A stretch of 40,807 bases of DNA from a virus (Duplodnaviria; Caudoviricetes). The notes beneath the pieces were generated by a model, which was not told where the DNA came from, did not search any database, and saw only the letters and a program-made list of their open reading frames with translations. Each line of letters opens with the position of its first letter. Position 1 is the first letter of the stretch. Positions 16,942 to 25,991 of the stretch are shown piece by piece. Position numbers and translations under genes: made by a program. The stretch is from IMG/VR virus record IMGVR_UViG_3300033513_000025, positions 1 through 40,807 of that record, one strand, 5' to 3'.

Positions 16942-17403
16942 TCACTGTGGATCATCCTCCCACCCCGGCCTGTCCCACCTGCTGCTGGCGGGGCCTGGCT
17001 GCCCGAGGACGGTGAAGGTGCGTTGGTCCTGGGTGTAGCCGATCGTCGGTTCTGGTCTTGGCGGTTGGGCTGGGTGCTGCTGGTACCCGGGCGGGGCAAT
17101 GACGATCATTGGCGGTTGGGCGGCGTATGGGTAGGCCGGCTGCGGGGGCTCTCGGCGCTTCTCCGGCTCCTCACGCCGGCGGGAGATGGCGACGATCAGC
17201 AGGCTGGTGGGGATGGCGGCGCCGACTCCACAGACTGCGCCGGCCAGGACGGCCAGGGCCTGGTCACTCATCCGGTTGGAGATGGTGATCATGCCGATGG
17301 CAATGGCGAAGATGAGGGCAATGCCGGCAGTTACCTGCAGTCGGCTGGTTCGGCGCTTGGGGCGTTCTGGTTCTGGCGGTGGGTAGTAAGGTGGTTGGTA
17401 CAT
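16942..17403 (-). CDS. Membrane protein with 2 TM segments and a Pro-rich tail (153 aa)
   Basis: AAGGAG RBS, two hydrophobic segments. Confidence 0.75.
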   Translation of the reverse strand: MYQPPYYPPPEPERPKRRTSRLQVTAGIALIFAIAIGMITISNRMSDQALAVLAGAVCGVGAAIPTSLLIVAISRRREEPEKRREPPQPAYPYAAQPPMIVIAPPGYQQHPAQPPRPEPTIGYTQDQRTFTVLGQPGPASSRWDRPGWEDDPQ

Positions 17404-17413
17404 GGTGGTCTCC

Positions 17414-17722
17414 TTATATGAACGTGAGTTGTCCGGCCTGGATCTGGCGGGTTCGGCGTGTGTGTGTGGCGTGTTTGGCGTGAAGGGTGGCGTCGTGTGT
17501 CAGGTGACAGCGTTGGCAGAGTGCTCGGAGGTTGCCGGGATCGTTGTTGGTGGTGTCGTGGTCGAGGTGGGCGACGGTGAGCATGACGCGGGATCCCGTG
17601 ACCGGATGCGGGTAGGAGTTCCACGCGCCGCAACCCTCGCACGTTCCTGCGGCGCGTACCCAGCGCACGTAGAGACTCAGTTGCTCCCAGTCGGGAGGGT
17701 AGTTGGCGCGGCGCGTGGGCAT
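17414..17722 (-). CDS. HNH endonuclease-like protein (102 aa)
   Basis: CEGC...LTVAHLDH..NN..NLRALCQRCHLTHD. Confidence 0.82.
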   Translation of the reverse strand: MPTRRANYPPDWEQLSLYVRWVRAAGTCEGCGAWNSYPHPVTGSRVMLTVAHLDHDTTNNDPGNLRALCQRCHLTHDATLHAKHATHTRRTRQIQAGQLTFI

Positions 17723-18096
17723 TGGCGGAGCTCCTGTTCCAGGATGCGCTGGTAGCGGCCATCCTCATGGGCGCGTGGCAGGCTTATGCCTTCCGCTTCC
17801 AGTCTGCACCATAGGCACAGCCGGGTCACGAAATCGACCGGGTTGTTGGGTGAGCCCTGGAGGTCACAGCGGGTGCATCTGAGCAGGCAGCCAATGGATG
17901 AGGCAGGTAGGTCCTGGCGGGGCTGCCTGGTCTGCCTGCGGCGGAGTTCTGGCGGCAGGACGGCGCGTGCGTACTGCCACACGCGGCGGGCGCTGTAGCC
18001 GGTGTGTTTGGCGATCTCTTTGTACGTCATCCCCTGGTGTCTCATGGTGACGAGGTCCTCACGCGCGAGGACCTGACTCAGTGGTTTTCGGGGCAT
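17677..18096 (-). CDS. HTH plus zinc-finger putative transcription regulator (139 aa)
   Basis: GMTYKEIAKHTGYS HTH; CTRC...CLWC. Confidence 0.7.
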   Translation of the reverse strand: MPRKPLSQVLAREDLVTMRHQGMTYKEIAKHTGYSARRVWQYARAVLPPELRRRQTRQPRQDLPASSIGCLLRCTRCDLQGSPNNPVDFVTRLCLWCRLEAEGISLPRAHEDGRYQRILEQELRQCPRAAPTTLPTGSN

Positions 18097-18262
18097 TGGG
18101 TTCCTCCGGTAGGGTGTAGGGCGGGATGGCTGGCACGATGAGCGCGCGGCGCCCAGTGGCTGCTTCGGCGGCTGTGCGGAGATCGGTCAGGGTGATGGTG
18201 TCGAGGTCCTGGAGCAGGGCCTGGCGGATTGGGTCAGTGAGCGGGCAACAGAGTTCATCCAC
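18059..18262 (-). CDS. Hypothetical protein (67 aa)
   Basis: GTG start with GGAGG RBS at the end of the FtsK gene. Confidence 0.55.
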   Translation of the reverse strand: MDELCCPLTDPIRQALLQDLDTITLTDLRTAAEAATGRRALIVPAIPPYTLPEEPNAPKTTESGPRA

Positions 18263-19676
18263 GTTCGGCCTCCTCCGCCAGGGCGACGATGCGGGCGGCG
18301 CGGTGGTAGAAGGCGCCCTCGGGGGCGTGGCCGAGCAGGTCGCGGCATACGCAGGTTATAAAGCCTCGGCGGTAGCCGGTGCCGGCTGAGTCGTGGCGGC
18401 TTGGCCAGAGGGATAGAGCGCGCAGTTGGTTGGCCAGGGCCTGGTCGGGGTCCGCCTGGATTGGTTGCGGGTCTGGCTCGACCTTCTGGATCTGAAACAG
18501 CGGCTCGGCCTGGTGGGGAAGCCGGCTGACCACGTGGGCGATCTCGCGCTCGGTGATGTGGGCGACCTGGAAGCGGATGGCGCGGCCTTCGGCTATGGCT
18601 ATAAAGTCCCCCTGGCCTTGCAACCTCTCTGCCCCGGTGCCGCTCCAGCCGGTTGCGGTGCGTGCATCCTCGATGCTGGTCACTCGGCCCACGAAGCGGG
18701 TGGGAAAGTTTGCTTTGACGAGTGGGCCTAGCACGGCGGCGGTGGGTTTCTGGGTGGCGGCGACGACGTGTATGCCTACGCTACGGCCGCGCTGTACGAG
18801 GCGGGTGAGCGCCCACACGGCGGCTGGGCCGCCGAGCATAAGCAGGTCTGCCAGTTCGTCTATAAAGAGCACGATGGTGGTGCGGAGGCCGGTGGTGGGA
18901 TTGGTGGGGTCGGGGTCGGTGGGTGATGGGGGGCGTGGGTATTTGTGGGGGTTGTCGGCTCGGTCTGTTCGGGCGTCCATGAGGTGTACCAGGGTCTGGA
19001 TGGCGCCGAGGGCCTCCCGGTTGTCGGTGACCGGCGGGATGGCCAGGTGTCTCAAGCCGTCGAAGGGTGCGAACCCGCCCCTGCCTCCATCTACGAGGAC
19101 CAGGCGCAGATCGGTGGCGGTGTTGGCCAGCGCCAGGCTGGTGATCATCGCCTGCAGCAGGACCGTCTTGCCTGATCCGGTGGTGCCGGCCACCAGGATG
19201 TGGGCGACGTCGGGCGAGGGCAGGCGGACGAGGAGCGGTGCGCCGTCTTCGGCGAGGCCGAGGACGGCGGTGATGGGGGGAATTGGGGGTTGAGGATTGG
19301 GGCTTGGGGATTGGAGGTTGGCGACGGTGTCTGTGAGTTGGTCGTAGAGGCGGAGGAGGTGGACGGGCTGGGGGTCGGCGCGCGGGATCTCGACGGCCAG
19401 GGCCGCGCCTGTGCGGCTGACGCGGCAGTTGTCGGTCTGCATGGCGGCGGCGAGTTCGTCGGCCAGGTTGGTGATGGGGCCGAGGCGCTGGCCGATGGAC
19501 GGGATGACCTGGAAGCGTACCCAGCGCGGGGTGACGGTGCCGCCGGTGACGTGGGCCTGGATCTTGTTCTGCCTGAGTACCTGCTCGATGCGGTCGGCCT
19601 GGAACTCCAGGGCCTGGCGGATGGGTTTAGGCGTGGCGGTCTGGTTCTGACCTGGTGGAAGTCTGAGATTTGTCAT
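18255..19676 (-). CDS. FtsK/SpoIIIE-family DNA translocase ATPase
   Basis: HILVAGTTGSGKT, LFIDELADL, GRSVGIHVVAATQKP, GAERLQGQGD. Confidence 0.92.
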   Translation of the reverse strand: MTNLRLPPGQNQTATPKPIRQALEFQADRIEQVLRQNKIQAHVTGGTVTPRWVRFQVIPSIGQRLGPITNLADELAAAMQTDNCRVSRTGAALAVEIPRADPQPVHLLRLYDQLTDTVANLQSPSPNPQPPIPPITAVLGLAEDGAPLLVRLPSPDVAHILVAGTTGSGKTVLLQAMITSLALANTATDLRLVLVDGGRGGFAPFDGLRHLAIPPVTDNREALGAIQTLVHLMDARTDRADNPHKYPRPPSPTDPDPTNPTTGLRTTIVLFIDELADLLMLGGPAAVWALTRLVQRGRSVGIHVVAATQKPTAAVLGPLVKANFPTRFVGRVTSIEDARTATGWSGTGAERLQGQGDFIAIAEGRAIRFQVAHITEREIAHVVSRLPHQAEPLFQIQKVEPDPQPIQADPDQALANQLRALSLWPSRHDSAGTGYRRGFITCVCRDLLGHAPEGAFYHRAARIVALAEEAERG

Positions 19677-19768
19677 GGTGTCTCCTTTTGACTATACTGG
19701 TCCTGGCGCGGGTTGGGGTGTCTCCTTTCCCGCGCTGGCCCTGGGGGTTTCGGCCCCAGGGCCTGTTT

Positions 19769-20368
19769 TTATGCCGGGATGGTGATGATGGTGTTGTCTG
19801 GCTCGTCGTCGCCGTGGTCGTAGAAGGGTTGGTCGTCCTGGTCGAATGTGTCCTCGTCGCCTGCGGGCTGGGCGGGGTCTTGAGTGGGTGTGGTGGGGTG
19901 ATGGGGGTGGATGAACTGGTTGGGTAGGGGTGGGATGTGGGACAGGTCGCCGTCGTAGGAGGAGTATGCGGTGTACTCTGGTTTGTGCTCGAAGAAGGCA
20001 TAGTGCTGGGCGGCGTTGTCGGCGGCGTCTTGCCTCATCCCGCGGGGGATGAAGTAGACGTGGGTGAAGTCCTCGGGCGGGGTGAAGTTGTCGTTGGGGA
20101 CGACGATGACGCATTGCCGCTTGTGGGAGACGAGTACCTGGAATCGTGGATCGGTGGAGTAGTAGGCGGCTTCGCCGTTGGCCTCCAGGGTGTCGTCTAT
20201 GATGGCGCGGACCTGACGAATTGCTTTTTCGGTGAGCAGTTGGGCGACGGTGCCGGCGTCGTTGTCTACGTCGGCGCTGATGGAGATTTGAGGGCTGGTG
20301 TTGTTGTGGTCACCGAAGGTGCGCGTTTCGCGGTATGTGACGGTTAGTTGAGTGATTCTCATTACCAT
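19769..20368 (-). CDS. Hypothetical protein with acidic tail (about 199 aa)
   Basis: MVMRITQLTVTYRET...; overlaps the ParR-like stop. Confidence 0.7.
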   Translation of the reverse strand: MVMRITQLTVTYRETRTFGDHNNTSPQISISADVDNDAGTVAQLLTEKAIRQVRAIIDDTLEANGEAAYYSTDPRFQVLVSHKRQCVIVVPNDNFTPPEDFTHVYFIPRGMRQDAADNAAQHYAFFEHKPEYTAYSSYDGDLSHIPPLPNQFIHPHHPTTPTQDPAQPAGDEDTFDQDDQPFYDHGDDEPDNTIITIPA

Positions 20369-20613
20369 TGTCCGTTCAGTAGGTTGTCCAGTAGACCGGC
20401 TGTCTCCTGATCCTCGGCCTGCTGCTGGCTGGTCTGCTGGCTCTGGCCGGCGAGTCCGCCGGTGAGGGCGTTCTTGATCATCTTCTCTCTTAACCAGGTG
20501 TCGGCCTGGCTGAGGGAGCGCAGGAATTCGAGGAGGGCGGGATCGTCGCCGGGGCGCCAGCGTAGACGGAGGCGGAAAACCTCGCCTGGTTCCTGTGGTC
20601 TGCCCCTGCTCAT
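20362..20613 (-). CDS. ParR-like adaptor/DNA-binding protein (83 aa)
   Basis: Small protein directly after ParM, with an N-terminal strand-helix-helix pattern and an amphipathic acidic tail. Confidence 0.55.
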   Translation of the reverse strand: MSRGRPQEPGEVFRLRLRWRPGDDPALLEFLRSLSQADTWLREKMIKNALTGGLAGQSQQTSQQQAEDQETAGLLDNLLNGQW

Positions 20614-20633
20614 TGTCTCTGCCCTCCCCCCTC

Positions 20634-20684
20634 GAATTTCGTGGCCAAACAATTCCCGGTCTGAATTTCGTGGTCAAACAATTC
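20634..20684. repeat. Two 22-bp direct repeats GAATTTCGTGG(C/T)CAAACAATTC between parM and parR
   Basis: Copies at 20634-20655 and 20663-20684. Confidence 0.85.
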
Positions 20685-21792
20685 AGTCAAGGTACCCGGC
20701 CCGGCGGGCCAGTTTGGCCAGGCCGCGGGCGTTGGCGGTGACGGGATCTGGTGCTATCTCGGTGTGGGGCCACTGGCGCCTGATGCGCTCGCCCAGCGCG
20801 AGTGCTCCGCCTCCCAGGCACAGGACGCGGAAGCGGCGGGCGTTGTCCACACGCTGCTCGACGAAGCGGACTACTTCGCTGCCGTGGGCTTGCACAGCCT
20901 GGCGCACGGCGCTGGTTACTTCCACTGCTTGCCCCTCCACGAAGACGTGGGCCTTCTGGCCGTTGGTGACCTGGCGGGTGAGTACGTCTGCCTCGTGCAG
21001 GGACAACTCCAGGCCGTAGCGCTGCTGGATGGTGGACGCGATCGCCTCGGCGGAGCGGCGCATTCCCAGGTTGTCCCCACCCGTGTAGCGGGTGCTGATC
21101 TTGCCGCCCTCGATGGCAACCAGGTCCAAAGTGTTGAATCCTATGTCTACGATGAGGGTCGGGGCTTTGGCGGCGTCGGTGCCGCGTGTCCACTGGCCGG
21201 TGTTGGTGAGGCCCCAATCGAACCACCCAGCGACGGGCTGGGCTACGCGAGCGCGTACCTGGGTGATGTCCATCTCGGCGGGCGCGCCGTTGACAGCAAA
21301 CGCGTGGTGGCCGACCATCCACTGGTGCATTCCGTCTTCCGTCTGGCGGGCCTGTTCGGGGTCGAGCAGGATCTCCACGGGTAGGGCAACAGCGATCGCC
21401 AGGGAGTGTGAGCCTCCGTCTATGAGGGGCCACAGGGTGGCGTACAGGAGTGCGCGGGTTTCCGGGCCGTCCACGAAGCGAGCAAAGTCCATCCGCTCGA
21501 TGGGCCGGGCGTAGCGCTCGACGGCCTCGCCGGCCAGGTAGGATTGTCCATCGAACGTGACGACGTGCGGGCGGCTTCTCTCGCGGCCTCCGCGTACGAT
21601 GCCGGCCAGGTTCAATGCGCCGGTAGACGTGGTCGAGCCGATGCCGACCACGGCCGGGATCGCGGAGGTGACGATCTGGAGTTCGGTCACCCCTTGGATG
21701 GTGACCATCTGGACTTCGGCGGCCTTGGAGCCGCCGTGGCCTGGGTCCCATCCGATCTTACGAACTGCGGCTTGGTGATTGTTGGTGGTCAT
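20683..21792 (-). CDS. parM: ParM/StbA-family actin-like ATPase
   Basis: IGWDPGHGGSK (phosphate 1), IVDIGFNTLD (phosphate 2), LGGGA (adenosine), ANARGL. Confidence 0.85.
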   Translation of the reverse strand: MTTNNHQAAVRKIGWDPGHGGSKAAEVQMVTIQGVTELQIVTSAIPAVVGIGSTTSTGALNLAGIVRGGRERSRPHVVTFDGQSYLAGEAVERYARPIERMDFARFVDGPETRALLYATLWPLIDGGSHSLAIAVALPVEILLDPEQARQTEDGMHQWMVGHHAFAVNGAPAEMDITQVRARVAQPVAGWFDWGLTNTGQWTRGTDAAKAPTLIVDIGFNTLDLVAIEGGKISTRYTGGDNLGMRRSAEAIASTIQQRYGLELSLHEADVLTRQVTNGQKAHVFVEGQAVEVTSAVRQAVQAHGSEVVRFVEQRVDNARRFRVLCLGGGALALGERIRRQWPHTEIAPDPVTANARGLAKLARRAGYLD

Positions 21793-23042
21793 TGTAGTTG
21801 GTCTCCTTTCTGATTTTGAAGCGTGTACCAGGCCAGCTTCTGGCCCAGGTTGAGGTGTTCGGTGGTGGTGGTGACGTGACACCCAATCGTGTTTAAGCGC
21901 CGCTGGAGGTAGGGCGCATAGTCGTGCGAGACGTGCAGGTGCACGACGTCGCCGGCCAGGACGTCGGCGAGGCTGACGAGTTGGCGGACGACCTCGAAGG
22001 CCCATTCTCGCCGACGTTGTGCGTTGGCCGGTGCGTCGGTCCAAACGGGGTTTGGTTGATGGCCAGCGATGGAGTAGGGCTTGAGGGCCCCGGGTCCGTT
22101 GAGGGTTAGGATGTGGTGGCAGCGCCTCTCTGCCCAGTAGAGTTGTTTGTCATAGAGCTGGCGACCAGGTGAGTTATCTGGTGTTGGGGCCTGGATGATG
22201 GAGATGCGGCGGGGGTAGGATTGCTCGGCGGCTGGCGGCTTCTGGTATACGAGGGCGGTCTCGGTGGTGATCATCGGGTAGTCGGGGTTGTTGGCGGCGC
22301 AGATGCGACGGTAGCGGGAGGGGATGGTTCGGCGTTGCTCGCGGCCGGTGAGTGAGAAGCCGATGGCGTGACAGAGAGTTTGGGTGTCGGCGGTGACTGG
22401 GACGACGTTGGCTTTGTGGACCTTGTCGCCCACGATCAAAACGAGGGTTCCGCCCGGGACCAGGACGCGCTGGCACTCGCGGTACACCTGGATCATCGCC
22501 CGCAGGTACGTTTCGTAGACGTGGATGTTGGCCAGTTGCCGCGGGTGGAATCCGTAGCATGAGCCGTTCGGGCCGAGAGTGGTGCGGGTTAGGGAGTTGC
22601 CCGAATGAGCGTTCCAGTTTGAGAAGAGGTCAAAATAGGGCGGGCTGGTGATGATGACCGGGATGGAGCTGGATGGCAGGGGCAGGTGGGAGGCATCCCA
22701 CTGCCCGACCTGCGCCGGCGCGCTGAAGAGGCTTTCGGTGTGGATCCGGAGCGCGTTTTGCTGTTGGAGTTGTGCCCACGGCGTTTCGACGTCGCCGGTG
22801 ATGACCTGGCGGCCGGTGTACAGGGCCAGCAGGATCGAGCCGGTCCCACCCATCGGGTCGAGGAGGGTTTGACCTGGTTGGGTATACAGGTGGATGAGGT
22901 GGCCTAGCCAGTTGAGGTTAGTCTTGGCCTGGTGCTCGAAGGACTGTTCGTCGAAGCGCAGACTCCGCCTTTGGTGGTGGTCGCGCGGGAAGGTGAAAAC
23001 CGGGGCTTGGCCCGGGCTGGTTTGCGTGTTTAGAAGTGTCAT
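21789..23042 (-). CDS. N4-C/N6-A DNA methyltransferase-like domain fused to a DUF6884-like domain
   Basis: LLDPMGGTGS and IITSPPY; the C-terminus has RQLY..YWAE..RREWA..V..QL..LNLGQKLAWY. Confidence 0.78.
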   Translation of the reverse strand: MTLLNTQTSPGQAPVFTFPRDHHQRRSLRFDEQSFEHQAKTNLNWLGHLIHLYTQPGQTLLDPMGGTGSILLALYTGRQVITGDVETPWAQLQQQNALRIHTESLFSAPAQVGQWDASHLPLPSSSIPVIITSPPYFDLFSNWNAHSGNSLTRTTLGPNGSCYGFHPRQLANIHVYETYLRAMIQVYRECQRVLVPGGTLVLIVGDKVHKANVVPVTADTQTLCHAIGFSLTGREQRRTIPSRYRRICAANNPDYPMITTETALVYQKPPAAEQSYPRRISIIQAPTPDNSPGRQLYDKQLYWAERRCHHILTLNGPGALKPYSIAGHQPNPVWTDAPANAQRRREWAFEVVRQLVSLADVLAGDVVHLHVSHDYAPYLQRRLNTIGCHVTTTTEHLNLGQKLAWYTLQNQKGDQLQ

Positions 23043-23275
23043 TGTTCTTTCACCAGTATCTGTCTAAGTTCTGTCAGGGCGTTGAGTTGATCCAGGAGCG
23101 AGGCCTCGACGGCGGCCAGCAGGGCGTAGAGCAGTTTGGGCGTTACGGCGTTGTCTGCCTGGGCCTGGAGTAGGGTTTTCACTGTCTCGTGTATCTCCTG
23201 GTTGGTCTGGGCGATAGCGTCTAGGCGGCGCTTGACTGTGCTGCCGCCGGGCTTAAGCCTATCTGGTCTTTTCAT
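23039..23275 (-). CDS. Hypothetical protein (78 aa)
   Basis: Coupled to neighbours. Confidence 0.6.
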   Translation of the reverse strand: MKRPDRLKPGGSTVKRRLDAIAQTNQEIHETVKTLLQAQADNAVTPKLLYALLAAVEASLLDQLNALTELRQILVKEQ

Positions 23276-23618
23276 CCTCGCGCCTCCGTGCGGCTGACAG
23301 GGCGCGGTGATTCTCGATTGCCTCAGCCTTGGCTGTCTGCTGGCAGTGTCGCCAGATGGAGCCGAGTGTCATGGGGGTGCCGCTGGCTGCGAAGCAGGCC
23401 AGGGCCCACAGGATGGGCCTCCAGCCGGCCAGGTGGCCTGCGCCGGCGAGGGTGACGGCCGACCCGCCGATCACGAGGATGGCGGTGTAGCCCCGGTCAC
23501 GGTGGGTTCTCTCCAGCCAGGCGACGAGGGCGTTATAGGCCAGGCCGAAGAGGAGTAGGCCGGACAGGATGAGGGCGATCCGCGGGGGGGCGGGGTCTTG
23601 TTGGCGGTTTCGTGGCAT
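23259..23618 (-). CDS. Membrane protein with about 3 TM segments (119 aa)
   Basis: GAGGAG RBS, hydrophobic segments. Confidence 0.7.
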   Translation of the reverse strand: MPRNRQQDPAPPRIALILSGLLLFGLAYNALVAWLERTHRDRGYTAILVIGGSAVTLAGAGHLAGWRPILWALACFAASGTPMTLGSIWRHCQQTAKAEAIENHRALSAARRREDEKTR

Positions 23619-23634
23619 TTCTCTGGTCTCCTCT

Positions 23635-23777
23635 TGTCTTTTCTTATTTTCAGGGTAAGTGTTTAAGTCTTAATGTCTTTCATGTTGTGTCCTGGACACA
23701 AGGCCCTTATGTCCTGGACACAAGGCCCTTATGTCCTGGACACAAGGGCGGTGTTGCCCTTATGTCCTGGACACAAG
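23635..23777. repeat. Probable replication origin: 4 iterons TGTCCTGGACACAAG(GCCCTTA) beside an AT-rich tract
   Basis: Copies start at 23688, 23710, 23732 and 23763; AT-rich 23635-23685; directly downstream of the initiator gene. Confidence 0.75.
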
Positions 23778-23781
23778 CAAA

Positions 23782-24666
23782 TTAGTGGTCTGGTTCCTCT
23801 GGCGCGAGGGTGGAGAAGGTGAGTTGCTTCCATTCCTCGAAGTTGGCGTGAGCCTGGGCCAACCGGCGGGCGTGGCGTTCTTGGAGGCGAGGGGTGAGGA
23901 GTTGGGCCTGGGCGGGGGTGAGCATGGGGAGGTGGTCCACGACGTTGAAGGTGTAGACGGTCTCGCGTCCCTCGCCCCAGCGGGTTGTCCACACGATCCG
24001 CTCGCGCTCGAGGACTTCCAGCGCTCCGATCATTCTGGCGTGGCCTGGTCGCTGCTTGCGGCCGAGGATCTTTTGGCGGTTGCCTTGGGCGCACGTGTCG
24101 GCCAGGGTCTGGATGGAGGGCCATTCCGGCCTGATCTTGGGGTCCCAGGCGGCGGGGAACGACTTGAGTGTGCACCACAGGACGAAGGCGGGGTTGCCGA
24201 GGAGTGGTTGCCAGAATTGGAGCTCGTAGTTGGTGACCTGGACGTATCCGATGGTAGGGTCGAATCCGATGAGGCGAATGGCGAAGCGGGTGGAGGGGGG
24301 TTCGTTGGTATCTTCCTCTTCTCCTGCTGCTTCTTCTTCTTCCCCGGGGCGGCTCGTGGCCGCCCCGGGTCCAATTGCTGCGGGCGCGCCTGCGAATTCG
24401 CGCTCGCTTCGGGATGTCTTGGGTTGGTGTTCGACGGTGAACGCCAGGTCGAGTGGCTTGCCGTAGACGCGGGCTGCAGTGCGCTTGATGGTGGCGGCCA
24501 GCCGGTTTTGGAGCCAGTCCTTGGCGTATGCGTTTTTGGTGGTGACTGTTAAGGTGCTGCCGCACAAGGAGGCGGTTGAGTCATGTAGCCAGGTGTCAAA
24601 TGTGGCCTGGGTCATTTGGAGTTTGAGTTGTTCGAGTGTGAGTTGCCAGGTGTCGGTGTCCATCAT
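23782..24666 (-). CDS. Phage replication initiator with DnaA N-terminal domain and probable wHTH
   Basis: WQLTLEQLKLQMTQATFDTWL...NAYAKDWLQNRL (DnaA_N-like); WPSIQTLAD (replisome organiser HTH). Confidence 0.8.
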   Translation of the reverse strand: MMDTDTWQLTLEQLKLQMTQATFDTWLHDSTASLCGSTLTVTTKNAYAKDWLQNRLAATIKRTAARVYGKPLDLAFTVEHQPKTSRSEREFAGAPAAIGPGAATSRPGEEEEAAGEEEDTNEPPSTRFAIRLIGFDPTIGYVQVTNYELQFWQPLLGNPAFVLWCTLKSFPAAWDPKIRPEWPSIQTLADTCAQGNRQKILGRKQRPGHARMIGALEVLERERIVWTTRWGEGRETVYTFNVVDHLPMLTPAQAQLLTPRLQERHARRLAQAHANFEEWKQLTFSTLAPEEPDH

Positions 24667-25304
24667 ATCTCCAGGGTTGCGGTGAAGCGCGGGAGGCCGG
24701 CCTGTACCCAGTTGCGCCACTGGGTGGCGTACTTGGCTGGATGGTGTGCCCAGGCGGTGCCGTCTACGCTGTCGGGTAGGGTTCTGAGGCGAGAGGCTCG
24801 GGCGACTGAATTGACACGGCCTATGTGTGTCCATTTGCCGAGGGCTTTTGCCTCGGTGATGAGGTTTGCGGCTGCGGGTCCAAGTTTCCACTGGGTTGAT
24901 CCGCCAATGAATAGCGCATCGAGGTCTTGCCAGGGCGTAGTGAGATTCTCAAGGCCGTCCTGGCCGACGAGGGCGACGGGAAGGCCAAGGGCTCGAATGA
25001 TGTGGCCCCAGCAGGCGAACTTTTGGAGGGTAGCGGCGGCGTTGCAGGGAACGTCTGGAGCGTTGGCGAATAGGCATTTGTGGGGGTCGTGTGCTGCGCG
25101 GATCCGTAGGAGGAAGTTGAGGAAGGTTATGGGGTTCCAGCTGTTGCCTTGGCTGTAGCAGTCGTTGTCAACGCCGAAGCGGAGGCCGTGTGTACGCTGT
25201 TTTGTAAAGGTGCGTCTGGGTGTTAGCAGCCACCCGTAGTGGTCTGGGTCGGTGCCGAGCGTTTCGAGAAGTGACTTGGCGTTGCCGGGAAGGAGTAGTA
25301 TCAC
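24663..25304 (-). CDS. TGT/DpdA-like TIM-barrel protein (putative deazaguanine DNA transglycosylase)
   Basis: FGVDNDCYS, APDVPCNA, QDG, LFIGGST, THIGRVNS, DSVDGT; GTGA-coupled to queT. Confidence 0.6.
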   Translation of the reverse strand: MILLLPGNAKSLLETLGTDPDHYGWLLTPRRTFTKQRTHGLRFGVDNDCYSQGNSWNPITFLNFLLRIRAAHDPHKCLFANAPDVPCNAAATLQKFACWGHIIRALGLPVALVGQDGLENLTTPWQDLDALFIGGSTQWKLGPAAANLITEAKALGKWTHIGRVNSVARASRLRTLPDSVDGTAWAHHPAKYATQWRNWVQAGLPRFTATLEI

Positions 25305-25771
25305 TTGATCACCGTCCTGAGTGTGGGCAGCAGGGTGATTGTGCCGATGGCGATGGCTACGAGTGAGGTGATGAGGACGCAGGCGAATGACGGGAGCCAG
25401 GGAAGGCCGCCTCCGAGGCCCAGGGGGAAGGTGGCGACGGCGGTTGCGATGATGAGGGACTGGGCGATGATGGCGGCTGGCTTGTACCGGCGTAGTTTCC
25501 AGGCTGTGTAGGCCCCGATGAGGTCGAAGATTGGCATGATCAGCCAGTCCCAGAAGCCGAACGGGCTGGCGTGGTTGGCGATGCTGTTGCCAATGGCGAA
25601 GCCGACGGCGAACTCTGGGCGGAGGATGGCTAGTGCCTTGAGCATGGTGGCGGCTCGGAATTGGAGGGGACCGAAGGAGATGGGGGCCAGGGCCAGGACG
25701 CTGACGGCGTAGGCTGCGGCGATGAGCGCCGTGTAGGTGATGTGGCGGGCTGTGATCTTGGTTTCGTTCAT
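25301..25771 (-). CDS. queT: QueT-family queuosine precursor transporter
   Basis: ALIAAAY...LAPISFGPLQFR...GFAIGNSIANHASPFGFWD signature; multiple TM segments. Confidence 0.82.
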   Translation of the reverse strand: MNETKITARHITYTALIAAAYAVSVLALAPISFGPLQFRAATMLKALAILRPEFAVGFAIGNSIANHASPFGFWDWLIMPIFDLIGAYTAWKLRRYKPAAIIAQSLIIATAVATFPLGLGGGLPWLPSFACVLITSLVAIAIGTITLLPTLRTVIK

Positions 25772-25991
25772 TTGTTCTATTGCCTTTCCTTTGGCTTTGC
25801 TGTACAATGTTGGGGAGAGGGCTGTCACTTGGGCAGGTCAGCCCCCCCCCCCATCGCAGCAGCATCGAGGTCCACGTGACGAAGCGGCCGTCAATGCGCT
25901 CGATTCCTTATCTGTCCGCGCGTAGCGCGGGCGGGTTTGGTTTCCTGCGTGTTGGCGGCCGTTTGCATTTTGAAGCTGGGGGTAGAGACCG

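Noticed and set aside
23688-23777. CRISPR array
   Set aside because: The repeats are contiguous with no unique spacers and no cas genes; iterons fit better.
25772-25990. preQ1 riboswitch upstream of queT
   Set aside because: I could not see the class I stem with its A-rich tail; an Infernal search would settle it.
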